Shown piece after piece: positions 37,550 to 48,889 of a DNA stretch of 64,000 bases. This DNA is from Tricharina praecox (Eukaryota). Both the position numbers and the translations under genes were made by a program. How positions within the stretch are numbered: position 1 is the first letter of the stretch; every line of letters starts with the position of its first letter. The notes under the pieces are model-generated. The model worked only from the letters and a program-made list of their open reading frames with translations, searched no databases and was not told the origin of the DNA. The stretch is from positions 62,001-126,000 of the forward strand of contig NW_026250437.1 in the NCBI RefSeq assembly GCF_024521635.1. Reading direction: 5' to 3'.

Positions 37550-38574
37550 CTTGCAACTGCAGGAACGCTGCCCTGCACTCGCCGCCTCGCTCGCTACTAG
37601 CACAGCTGCGCCGCTCGAGAGACCATCCCCCCGTCGCCGGACTGGCCTGCTAGTCGGCCTCCCGTCCAGCTGCTCTCGCTGCTATCAACCGTCGAAATCC
37701 CTTCTGCCCTTCCCTTTCGGCTCGACCCGGACTGTGTTCTTCGCTTGCTCTGCTTGTTGTTTGCATGCTGGTGCTTGCCTGCTTGTGCTTGCCTGCTTGT
37801 GCCACTCGTTGACCGCCACTCTGAACTCCACCTGCTCCTGGTGCTGTCCCCGAGTTATTATTATCATCATTCTCATTCAAAGTCACTCATTGCTCATTGC
37901 TGTTCGCTCCCCATCTACCCCCCCCCCCCCCCCCCCCGCCACCCACCCTCCACACACACACTCCCCCCCTAATCCCCGCCCGCAGGCAACATCTGAATCC
38001 TTCCCGTGGATTGTCTCCTCCGTTCCTCCCTTCTCCTCGCATATCTCCTTCCTCCGTGCTCGAGAGACTCAAGCTCGCCCGCCAGCCCGCAGTCCCGCCG
38101 CCGTCCCGCCCGCCCGCCCCACTCCGCTCTCTTACCTGGCCGTTACTGCCGACGCGGCCGTACTGTGCTCGTTCCTCTCTCTCTCTTCCGGATGACCGCG
38201 TTTATTCCCGTTCGATCACTGTAACGAAACGACAAAAAAGTTACTACTGCATACAATACTGCTACTGCTATACACTATCCTTTTTACAGCGCGCGCGTTT
38301 CTTTTGAACTCCCTTTTGACGAAAAATAACAAGTCCGCTTCTGCCCAACTCACCTACCTTCCCCACCACTACCACCTCCACCTCCACCTCCTGCCGGAAC
38401 CATAGTTGTGGAGAGAGTGAGAGAATTCGGACGACCAGCCCAACTCCCGTCAATCTTTTCACCATATCACCCTCATCTTCATCGGAAGGTGCGGCGGCTA
38501 GAAGAGCAAGAGCAGCAACAGCAGCAGCAGTTGGTTTTCTCGCTCGCCGTCCATCTAAATCGCCCACCGAAGAG

Positions 38575-41500
38575 ATGCCTCCGTCACTTCGAACCCAGCC
38601 GTCCTTTGTGCGGCCACGAACTTCGGACAATAGATCTGAGCGGCCAGTGACCAGAGGCGATGATAACCCTTTGCCGATACCCAGTCGGACCTCGTCGCTC
38701 CACAGCAGGATCACCCAGCCAATTCCCTCGACTTTAAACATCAAAGTGCAGCCTAGGACACCAAAGACCCTCACGCACGCGTACCTCGTCTGTGGTGTCG
38801 GACGGGAACCATCACAATGGGTCAAGGCTCCGACTCCCGCCCAAGGGAAGATCGCACACATGAAGGGCGCTGTCAACCAATTCTGGCTCCCTGAGATTCT
38901 GGGAAGCAGCCCCCGGTTGGAACAGGACAATGAAATGGCAAGATCGTTGCATGCGGCCATGCGGGTACGTCTCGAATATTTTCCCCTGTATCCCCTCGCG
39001 TTGCTTCGAACAACCAGGTGACGCGAGATGGGGGTAAATGAGAGGTGCTGATTTGGATTGGCGATGATAGGCTTGCTTCCCCCACGACGTCGAAATTTGC
39101 ACCGGCCGCACGCAGCCACATTGCATTCATCACACATTCGTCCTTCAGCAGGACTCCTCGCACACGCTCTATGGTATCGCTCTGAGGGTATGGTCGAGGG
39201 CCGATGACAAGCGGGCAGAGACCATCAGGGAATTGCGAAAACGGAACGAGCCCGATTATTACGATACTCCCGACGAGACATACTGGATCCCCTATGCTCT
39301 CAGCTTCTTGTCGCGGTATCCGCTGTTCAACTTGTTGGGTGATTATCTGAGGGGCATGTGGATTCACTGGAATAAGGCGACGAACCTTTTCCACGCAGAG
39401 TACGTGTAACCGCCCTTCGTTTGTGGTCCCACAGCGGGCTGATATCATGTGTTTAGGGAGGTTTCGAGGATATTGTCCTTTCCCGCCCCGCGGTTGAACG
39501 ATCTCGTGCGAATCGACATGAAGGATTATGCGCTCTGCTACCAGTTTCCCTCTTCGCCAACCGGATTCCAGAACGTATGCAATCACACCACTCTGGCCTC
39601 AACCCCCAATTGTGCTGACGATCGAGTAGTTCGCGATGTGGCCGCTGTTCTGTTGTTTGTCGATCCCCAACATTGTCGGTCTCGTCGAGGCCGCCCTTTC
39701 GCCTACTCGACGAATAATCTTCGTCTCTCACTACCCAGCAATGTTGACGGTTGCAGCCGAGACATTGCGCTTCTGCGTGAGAGTATTCGAATGGAGTGGT
39801 CTGTATGTTCCGATCGTGCACGCTAGACATGCTAGAGATATGGTCCAAGAGCCCGGTCCATATATTCTCGGTTTCACCGCCGAATGCCGAAGTCTATTTA
39901 CTGCTCCCAGTGACGTAAGTTGGCATTAGAAACAACAATCAAAACAAGCACCGCTAACAACCGAATGTAGGCTCTGGTTGTTGATTTGGACCGCAACTTT
40001 GTTCTGACCTCTTCCCCTCCTACAACCCTCAACCCGGGACAGCGTAACAAGATGATTCAGCGCCTCACACAAGCTTTGAGCGGAGATATAGCCATCTCCG
40101 GTGTCCCATCTCACCTGAGGTCCGCGTATGGCGGCGGCAAGCTCGTTCCCGCAGGTCAGATCATCGTGATGCGAGGCGAGGTCGAGAGTGTTCAGGATCC
40201 TCAGTGGTGGGAACAAGACGCTGTAATGGCCGTCTTGGACCATGCATGCGAGAAGATGGGACGCAACACCGGTATCAAGGCGATCTTCGGTGGCTCGGTC
40301 AAGAAGCCTCTCATGACCAAGGTCTCTCTGAGACATCTCAACGAGATTGTCCGTGAACGCAACCAGTACTCGCGTGATGCTGTTGAGGCATGGCAAGATT
40401 ACATCAACCTTAAGGGGCGCATGGACACCGAGTTGCAGAAGGTCAACAAGAGGAATAACTTCCTCCTGGAGGAGGTTGAGAGCTGGAAGCAACAGGTACA
40501 ACCCACCTTCCATCACCCTCCTAACGCCCCCCCCCCCCCCCCCCGCCACTCGTAGTGGGTGCTTACGGTCTTGTAGTTTGAGAAATTCCAAGCATTCGCT
40601 GCCCAGCTCACCAAGGAAGCCTCCGATCTCAAGGCCAAGATCGAGCTGCACAAGAAGGAGAACTCCCGTCTCGCTAAGCTCATCGATCAGCAGAAGACCG
40701 ACAGCAACAATCTCGGAATGCGCCTTGCGGGCACCGAGAAGCAGCGCGACGACGCCCTCGAGGCACTGGTCATGCAGCAGGAGGTTGCTGAGGATTTGGA
40801 GCGCGAGAGGAAGAAGAACAAGAAGGAGCTCACCGAGCTCATCCGCACCAACCAGAACATCCAGAGACAACGAGACGAGGCACAACGGGTTGTCATTCAC
40901 CTGCGAGCACTCATCGAGGGCCAGGCCCATCACATGGAGCACCTTGTCCGCTCCCTCACCGATACCGAGCCCGAAGATTTCATCGAGGAGGAGGATTCGA
41001 ACGGCCAGGTTACCGCCCGGCAAACCCCATTCATGTCAAGACGCGCGTCGAGGACTTCCTCGAGAAGCTCATCACGGACAGCGTCGCGTGCCAGTACGAT
41101 CGACCCCAGAGGCCTTGATTCCGATGATGTCACGCCTGACATGGAACGACGACTAGTGAATAGCCCATCAATGAAGCGATTCTCCCAGATGAGCTGGTCC
41201 GACGTCGCCGACCGAAACATCCGCGACAAGACCGACGCGATCGCCGACATCATCCGCAACATTTCCGAGCAGTGCGCTGCCGCCGTCGAGGGGCTCCACC
41301 TTGCACAGGCTGCCGCGGCACAAGAGGAAGAGGCCATCCGCTCCGGCTCGGGCCGCGACTCGGAAGACGAGGATGAGGAGGAGAGGGAGGAACGGGAACG
41401 GGAGAAGCAATATGCTCTCCGCAGACGTAGGCGATCGACCATTGACGAATCGAGCCTGCTGAGCCCCACGCACTCGTCTGTCCCCCCGACCCCGGAACTG

Positions 41501-41731
41501 AGTCATCGGTCGAGCACGGCCATGAGCATGACCTCAACCCTTACACCCGATAGGCATTCACTCGGATACAATGAGCTCGATGTCCCCACAAGAATCATCG
41601 AAGCGGAGGACTGCATCTCGGAGCACACCGAGGAGACTGCCTATCTGGAGGTGGTCAAGGACAAAATGAGGAACTCTGATGGCATCATCAACCGTGCTGG
41701 TGCCCGGGTGTCTGCTTTCGGTACTCCGTAG
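38575..41731 (+). CDS. DENN-domain protein (putative Rab GEF) with C-terminal coiled coil
   Basis: Six exons: 38575-38964, 39071-39399, 39457-39574, 39630-39914, 39971-40495, 40577-41731. uDENN/DENN-type segments: CFPHDV, HTFVL...YGIALRVW, WPLFCCLSIPNIV, FEWSGLYVPIV, EPGPYILG, LVVDLDRN. The tail is heptad-rich. Confidence 0.88.
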
Positions 41732-42755
41732 TTTAGGGTGGTTTAAATATTTTTGCAGGATGAGATGAATGGTCCCCACTCTGAACTTCTTTTCCGTTTT
41801 CCTTTTCCGTGTCTTCCTGTAGGATCGTTTGGGTGTTTCTTTGGGTGGTGTTTTTTTTTTATACTTGTTTCTTTCTCGCTTCTTTCCTTTACCTTCGACA
41901 CGATGATCTCTGGGTGCTTCTATGTATACCTTTTTTCCCCCTGTGGATTGCCCACACGACACTGCGCTGCGCTCCGGAACCCGACTTCCCTTTCCCTTCC
42001 ATTCACTTATTGGATCCCCTCGAAACAGTGATACTCTGATACCTGACTATGACCTTCAGCGTCGATTTTTCTTTTTTCTTTTTTCTTCTTTCCTTTTCTG
42101 CTTCTCTTCTGTTCTCTTCTATTTTACCTATTCGATTCGATTCTTTCTTCGATTCTCTCCTCCCTTCCGATTCTTGTAATTGATTGTTCAGCGCCCGTTA
42201 TGGTACCTTGTGTGTTATATTGTTTTTTACTTTGCTTTACTTCTACCCTTTGATTTCATGTCAGAAACCCAGGCGGTGTGGTGGTGGTTACTTCTTCGCA
42301 AGTAGGAGGTTAAGTTGGTGGTTATGTAGGTGGTTGGTTGGTGGTGGGTGATTCGGTCGTGGGTGGTTGGGTGCCCATTTCATGATTGTGGATGTTTTTA
42401 GCGGTTTTTATGCTTGTGGTTTGTGGTTTTGTGGTTTGTGATTGGAACTTGGAACTTGGAGATATCTGCTTGGTAGGGAGGGAGGAGGGGCTTGGAAGGG
42501 ATTGGTTAGAGTGGGAAGGCGGTGGGGATGAGTGGGGGGCGGAGGGGAGCAGAGGGAGGGAGGGGACGAGTGGGCAAAGGACGGGAGGGAAGGAGGGGAG
42601 TAATTAAGGAACGTTATGAACTTCTATCTATTGGTGACTTATTGGTGACTGCTCAGTGCTTGTGACGTTTTCGCTGTGATGTTTTCGCTGTGATGAGTCT
42701 GTAGTTAAGTATTTGCTCTGTGAATGGCGCGATAGGGCGGGCGGTGGCGGGGATG

Positions 42756-42822
42756 GTGGAGGTGAAGGTGGAGGTGCAGGTGAAGGTGGAGGTGCAGGTG
42801 AAGGTGGAGGTGCAGGTGAAGG
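42756..42822. repeat. 18-bp minisatellite (ggtgaaggtggaggtgca) x ~3.5
   Basis: Direct tandem copies visible. They produce the spurious (LH)n in ORF 42705..43058. Confidence 0.85.
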
Positions 42823-43627
42823 CGGGCGAGTAGTGAATGAAACTGATTGGCCGGGGTTTGAGACGGGGTACCTACTCTAGAATGGATGTAAGATAAGATT
42901 GGGACGGCCAGCCCGAAGCGTAGCTGCGTTACAGAGTTGGAGTTGGAGTTGGAGGAGGCGTGACAAAACCGTAATACGGGTTCGAATCCAGAGCATTGAG
43001 CACTGTGTAGACAACCTCGGTGCCCCCAGACAACTGCAGGGGGGCAAAGACAACCCACGTGGATATGGATACCGCATGTACGTAGGTACTCTAGATATTG
43101 TGGTGGAACCCCTCAGGGCCTCCCCATGCATACAGTATAGTACACAGGCACTTACGTACGCAGCACTGAGACGACTGAGACGACAGATCTAGACGAGTGA
43201 GACGAGTGAGCTCCCGTGGCGTGGATACTCCCTGGCCTACCCACTACGGGGGCCTGTCTACCACGGGGGCTTGCCTGCCACGGAGTTGGGATATAGGTAC
43301 TATGTACTCTAGGTATGTAGATGCAGTGCCCACTTATCTACATATCTACATAGGTAGCTTCCAGAAGGTGATAAACTGATAAACTGATACACTGATACAT
43401 GCTTACCTACATGCTTACCCACCTACCCACCTACCTACCCACCTACCTACTCGCCTAAGCATAAGCCTACACCGGAGCCGGCGCCGGCGTCGGCGTCTGC
43501 AGATCTCACCGCTGCTGGATACTGGCTGCAGGGTGGAGTACTGGTACATATGAGTATGGGTGTATGATTTCGTATATGCCGAGGGTGAACCCGTGGGGCA
43601 TGCCGGCTTGAGGTGATGAGTGGCGGG

Positions 43628-43659
<32 letters not shown>

Positions 43660-44128
43660 GCTAACTATACGTGTTGCATACGAATGCATTGGAGTCGGCA
43701 GTGGGGTGGTGGGTGGTCGGCAGTGGGTGGTGGAGGGTGGGTTATCAGATTAATCATCAGCCTGGTGCGCATGTACTACTCCATGGGTGAGAGAACTTGA
43801 GGTTGAGGTTGAGGGTGCATATCACGTCTCCTTCCGTGTTATTGCTTCAAACAAGAACGGAGTGGATCCGGCATCTCATTCATCTCTCCAGCTCTGTCCT
43901 CCATGGGCCATTAACCAAATCCAACCATGCCCCGCCCCCGCGGCCATCCCAACCCTCCCAAATAAACAAACAAAAAAAAAACGCCCGTAGTCTACCGGTA
44001 TATGTAGTTATCTAAGTATGTACAAGGTCTCTGACCCTAAAGAATGGAGGGGAATTATATGTAACCAGACGATTAAAAGGAATAGATGTTATGTTTGTAT
44101 GCCACATTACATTAGGTGTTCACAGCTT

Positions 44129-45845
44129 CTACAGCTTTGTAGGATCCTGCACTACAGGAAACTTCGGGTAGTACTGATTGTACAGGCTCTGGCAGATATC
44201 GTTATAGTCCGCACTTTCACCGTCTCCGACTACAGCGGCGAGTGCGCCCCTCAGCCCCAGTCGGCCCACCACGCCGCTGCCAGGCGAAGTCTTCGCCCAC
44301 CCCGGCCCGGCGCTCGGATTCTTGATCCACCTGACGAACCAGTCGTGGACAGACTCGGCGAGCGCCTGCTGATGCACCGTGACGGTGTCGCGGATATTAT
44401 CCGCCCATGCGGCGCCGCCGCCGTGGAAAAACGGCACCTCGCTGCCGTGCGTAGGCCCCGTGCCCGCGATGCCGAGCACGTTGTCGAAGTCGCCGAGCCA
44501 CTTGTAGCGCCACACGTCAGTGGAGCGCGCGCGCACGTCGACCATGTAGTCGGTCGCGCACTCGAAGCGCACGTCGCCGTAGGACTGGCCGCTCATTGCC
44601 GCGATGCTGGGGAAAGCGCTGGTATTGTAGGCCGCGAGAAGCTCCGCTGTAGGAATGTGCGCCATCGCCGCGTCGAACGTGCGGATCCAGGAGGTGAACG
44701 GATTGTTGATCCCGCTGTACACGTATGAGAATAGGGCGCCTTCGTTCGCGGTGCTGCCGACGAGGAGGGGGACGTGCGTGGGGAACGCGCGGTCAGTGTA
44801 CGACGAGAAGTGGGTTGTCTCGTCGACGACAGGCGCGAACCACGTGTTCGTCGTGCTGTTGAACGTGGCCGTCTCGATCTCGGCGACACTCTTCTTGCGG
44901 AGGCAGGCGAGCTGGCCGCTGCCGCTAGTAGGACAGCCGACCTCTGCGGCGATGGCGGAGAGGCCGACCCCGGCGGGGGCGTATGGTGGGCCGGAGACGG
45001 CGTTGGCGGACATCTCGAGGGCGCCGGCGAGCCAGGTGTCCGGGTGCGTCCAGAGGTAGTGGTCGACCATCACCGAGCCCGAGGAGTGGCCGCCCAGGAC
45101 GATGCGCTCAGGGTCGCCGCCGAACGCCTGGATGTTGTCGTGCACCCAGTCCAGCGCCGCAGTCACATCCTGAATTCCGAAGTTCTGCACCCCGTCGAGT
45201 TCGGGGGAGTTCGGGAAGCCAAATACGCTCTCGCGGTGGTTCAGGTTGACGTACACGACGCTCTTGTTGGCAAAGTTGGCCCCCGTCAGACCGGGATTGC
45301 TGTTGCTCCCCGTTACCTGCGAGTGATCGTCAGTGGATGCTACATGCGAGTGAAAAACATATGAAGGGGATGGGTGTTTACCATTGCCCCGCCATATATG
45401 TAAACGAATACTGGCAGCTTCTTCCCCTTGGAGGGCGCCCAGATGTTGAGGTTGAGGCAATCTTCGTCTTGCGGCGAGAACTCAAAGTCGTCGCGGTAGG
45501 CCTGCGGACAGGTGTAGCCATAGCTCGTAGCGTTGAAGAAGGACGGTTTCTTCTTCTTCTTGAGAGGTTGCGGCGGTTTCCATCTATACCCCGCGGCGTC
45601 AATAAAATTTCCCGGAAGCCGAGAAAACCGGGGGAATCGCGCATGATGCCGCACCTATTCTCGCCGGCCGTCGACTCCGCGTACGGGATCCCTCGCCACA
45701 CGTAACTGCCATTCTCGACGAGTCCGCGGACGACTGCATTGGTGATCGTGAGTGCCGTGGGCGCGCCATCACACAGCGCCGGGTTTCCCGTGATCACCGA
45801 GGCGGCCACGGAGAGGTAGCACCATACTGCAGCGAGGTCGACCAT
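44129..45845 (-). CDS. Secreted type-B carboxylesterase/lipase (alpha/beta hydrolase)
   Basis: Exons 45845-45655, 45583-45382, 45316-44129. Hydrophobic N-terminus, GIPYAE, EDCLNLNIW, YIYGG oxyanion loop, NIQAFGGDP, nucleophile GHSSG, acid GSTANEG, catalytic THGSEV. Confidence 0.93.
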
Positions 45846-47444
45846 TTCTTTGTGGTGGTGGCCCGCTCGCTCGCTCGTCGTTCGAATGCTTTGGAAAGGG
45901 AGCGCAGTACGGCAACGACTGTGTGTGTGTGGTGGGTGTGGTATGGCGGGGCGATTCCGAGCGACTTGTGGCGATTGCTAATATATACGATGACACGGAC
46001 CTTGAATTTCCGTGGTTGCTGCCGCCATTGTTATTTTGTTTTGGCCATTGCAACAGGCCTTATGCTGGAGATTGCCTTGTATGTTATGGATGTTGGAACT
46101 TGGTTGGTGTAAGGCGGTGATGGTGCTGGGGTTGGCCTTGGTACCATACCTAGCCCTGGACGCTCAGACGTGCGACGGTGCGAGCCCTCCATCCCACGCC
46201 GCTCGGACGCGGTCTCGGAGGGAGAATAAGTACCAATGTTTCGACAGGTTCGGGCCGCATGTTTACGAGGAGACCACAGGCCTCTCAGAATATTCGACGT
46301 GGCGGTGTGAACCGTGCTGAGGAAATTCGGTGGTGCGTACTGATACCATCCGTGCCTACGCACTTCTCCCCGACCTCGAGACTGTGCTTCACGGGGTAAA
46401 TCAATAGGTAGTCAATTCAATCTGGAGAGATGATGCGTAGTTGGAGCGCGATTCATGTAAGTACTAGTTACCGTCATACCTACAAAAAGTCCCTCCAACT
46501 TCACAGCCCTACCCCGCTGTGCAGTTCTAAGTATTGCCATCAACAACTATAACTTTCGTACTATCCCCTTCACCACGGTTTTGCAGACGACTCTTCTGCC
46601 AATACCTCTCTAGGCCGGAGGCGGGGTTAAGCGGAGAGCACACAGAAGAAAGAGGAGATAGAGGTCGAACGTTTACTCTGTAGAGGGTGATCAAGAAAGA
46701 AGAAGAAGAAGAAGAAGAAGAAGAAGACCCCGCCGGACCCACTTGGTCGACCCCACCATGGTCGCCATGGCCGCCAACGTTGATGCCCACTGCTACTAAC
46801 CCCATTCACTTCCTCCCGCCGACATCTCCTCCATCGCTCCGTCACAGCAGTCAACTGGTAACCAGTCAAACAAACGAATCAGATGAAATCCGTCCGAGAG
46901 GCGATAGAGTACTACCCAGTACTTTGGTGAGAGCTTGCGTTCTCGGCAGGGATTGCTATAGTTATAAACGGCGGACCTCCCACAGCATTGCTGAAGGCCC
47001 GTGAAGCTAGTAATCTGCTCGGTGGTTCGGCATTGGCGATCACGCGTGGCGCTGCGTCGTCACCCGTTCGCGAGATATCACTCGATACCTGCCCGTCCGG
47101 CGCAATTTGGACTGTAACTAAGTTTGTTTATTGAGCTGTTGGATTGTGGATATTGGAAACGGCGGGTAAATGTTGCTATGGTATACCTAGATAGGCCGCA
47201 AGTGATTAATGATTGAACCAAAAGTAGATGGATCTAGCCAGTGGCCAGAAGCCTCAAGGGCAGCAGCGGCGTCGAGAAAGCGGGTGAATCATGAGGCGTT
47301 CAAGCTGACCATCGTGGAGCCGGACGCCCGTGCAGTGGATTAGCCGCGTAATAATACGGTCAGTACGGCAAAAGGCTCATGCCGTCGCCTGCCTCGTTGT
47401 GCTGTTACCTGTAACTGGCCATCGCGGAGAAGAACCGGCAAGAG

Positions 47445-47606
47445 CAGATCTGCCAACAATGCAAACTGGTTCGAAATTTTGTCGGAACTGCACTGAACCG
47501 GCCAACTATGGAAGGGGCTAGAACTGAACTTCGTACAGAACCAGTTTGAATATTCAGTTGGAACTTGTCAAACTGAATAACTGGGAAATTGGTTGGTAGC
47601 ATCCCA
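47445..47606. mobile_element. Degenerate MITE/DNA-transposon relic with imperfect inverted ends
   Basis: gatctgccaacaat at the left end resembles the reverse complement of attggttggtagcatc at the right end. There is an internal inverted pair caaactggttc/gaaccagtttg and repeated aactg motifs. Confidence 0.35.
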
Positions 47607-48163
47607 GGCCGCGAACGGGTAGCAGTTGCGAGGCAGAGGTGGCCGTCGACTCCACTCCGAGCCGGTCTGTCAAAAAATGGCAGCGAAACCATCGGCTTGG
47701 AAGGTTCGGTAGTCACAGGGCCGGGCCGGGTCAAGCTGGAGCTTGCAAGTTGCAGGCTGGTTCGTGATCCGTCCGCCGTGGGCTGTAGATTATCGGTAGT
47801 GAAATGAGAGCCAAGGCCGAAGAAGCTTGGCGAGCGGGGGCAGCTATATAAGATCCTCCGCAGGACCGTAGCGGAGAGAGAAGTCTAATGAACCATCATT
47901 CAACCATTCTCCTCTCTTGCCGCTCCGTCGGCCCTTCGTTCCTCATGGGTACCTAGTCGGGCAGAAAGTCTTCATCCGCCTTACCTACTCGGCCCATTGA
48001 TTGGTAGGTAGTACGGCGCGGCAGTACAGTGCGTCAGTCAACTGATTCGCAGGAGGGTGGGCATGGTATTACCGTACCGTACTCCTTACTGCTCTGCAGT
48101 GTATTCGTCGTCGTTGTCGTCCGCTTATGTACATACTTGGTAGGTAGCCAACCAATCGCCCAG

Positions 48164-48278
48164 GAGCATTGCGGGCTCGAGTGGGGTTGATTGATTTTTC
48201 ATACAGCACGGAACCCTAAGGTGATGGCTTCCGTGCTGTATGAATTGTCAATCAACTACACTCGAGCTCGCGATACTC
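48164..48278 (+). ncRNA. Long imperfect hairpin (~50-bp arms, 15-nt loop); candidate milRNA precursor or MITE
   Basis: gagcattgcgggctcgagtggggttgattgatttttcatacagcacggaa (48164-48213) pairs with ttccgtgctgtatgaattgtcaatcaactacactcgagctcgcgatactc (48229-48278). Confidence 0.55.
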
Positions 48279-48889
48279 TGCTCCAGTGGAGTGCGGTGGG
48301 GTGAAGTGAAGTAAACATCACTCCGCCTCCACATCTCGTCCTCCCTGGGACATCGTAGACTTAGTTATAGTATACCAGATGTTTTCACGATTTCGACGTG
48401 CATGGCGGCCTGCCCACTGTCACTCAGGAGGGGGCACCTGGATAAGTGGGAGGAACGGGCTGGGCGGAAGCTACTATAAGTAGTATGTAGCATCCAATCT
48501 CTCCCTCTCTGTCTGCTTAGATTATACATTCAATTAAGTTTCTACATATATCATTACATCCACCTCGTCATCTAGCCGTATGGTTGACCTAGATATGTCT
48601 CGGAAAATCCACCGTCCGCTGACTTCTGAGAAGACTTCTCCGAATCTCTACGGGTATAGACCGAGGACTGGAGTGGCGTGTGGGCAGATCTCTGCCATGT
48701 GGGACTGATAGCTGGCCACCACGGCCCGGGGGGCTCTCTCTTTCTGCACTCCAGCGCCCCGCCGTCTACCCGTTCGCCGTCTCGGTCTCCATCCTCTCGG
48801 CCCTTATGCCTGTCCTCATATGTATGATACGTATATACCCCACTTCACTGTCCATCCTCCAACCCAGCCCCCCGCTCTCCTGCTATATT

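Noticed and set aside
36542..38195. ORFs of 297 aa and 214 aa upstream of the DENN gene
   Set aside because: Non-ATG starts, built partly from microsatellites, with no motifs.
42978..42992. GGTTCGAATCC B-box, possible tRNA
   Set aside because: No cloverleaf can be built and the T-stem does not pair; at most an isolated B-box.
44129..44140. Esterase C-terminal TKL as PTS1
   Set aside because: Non-canonical tripeptide, and the protein has a signal-peptide-like N-terminus.
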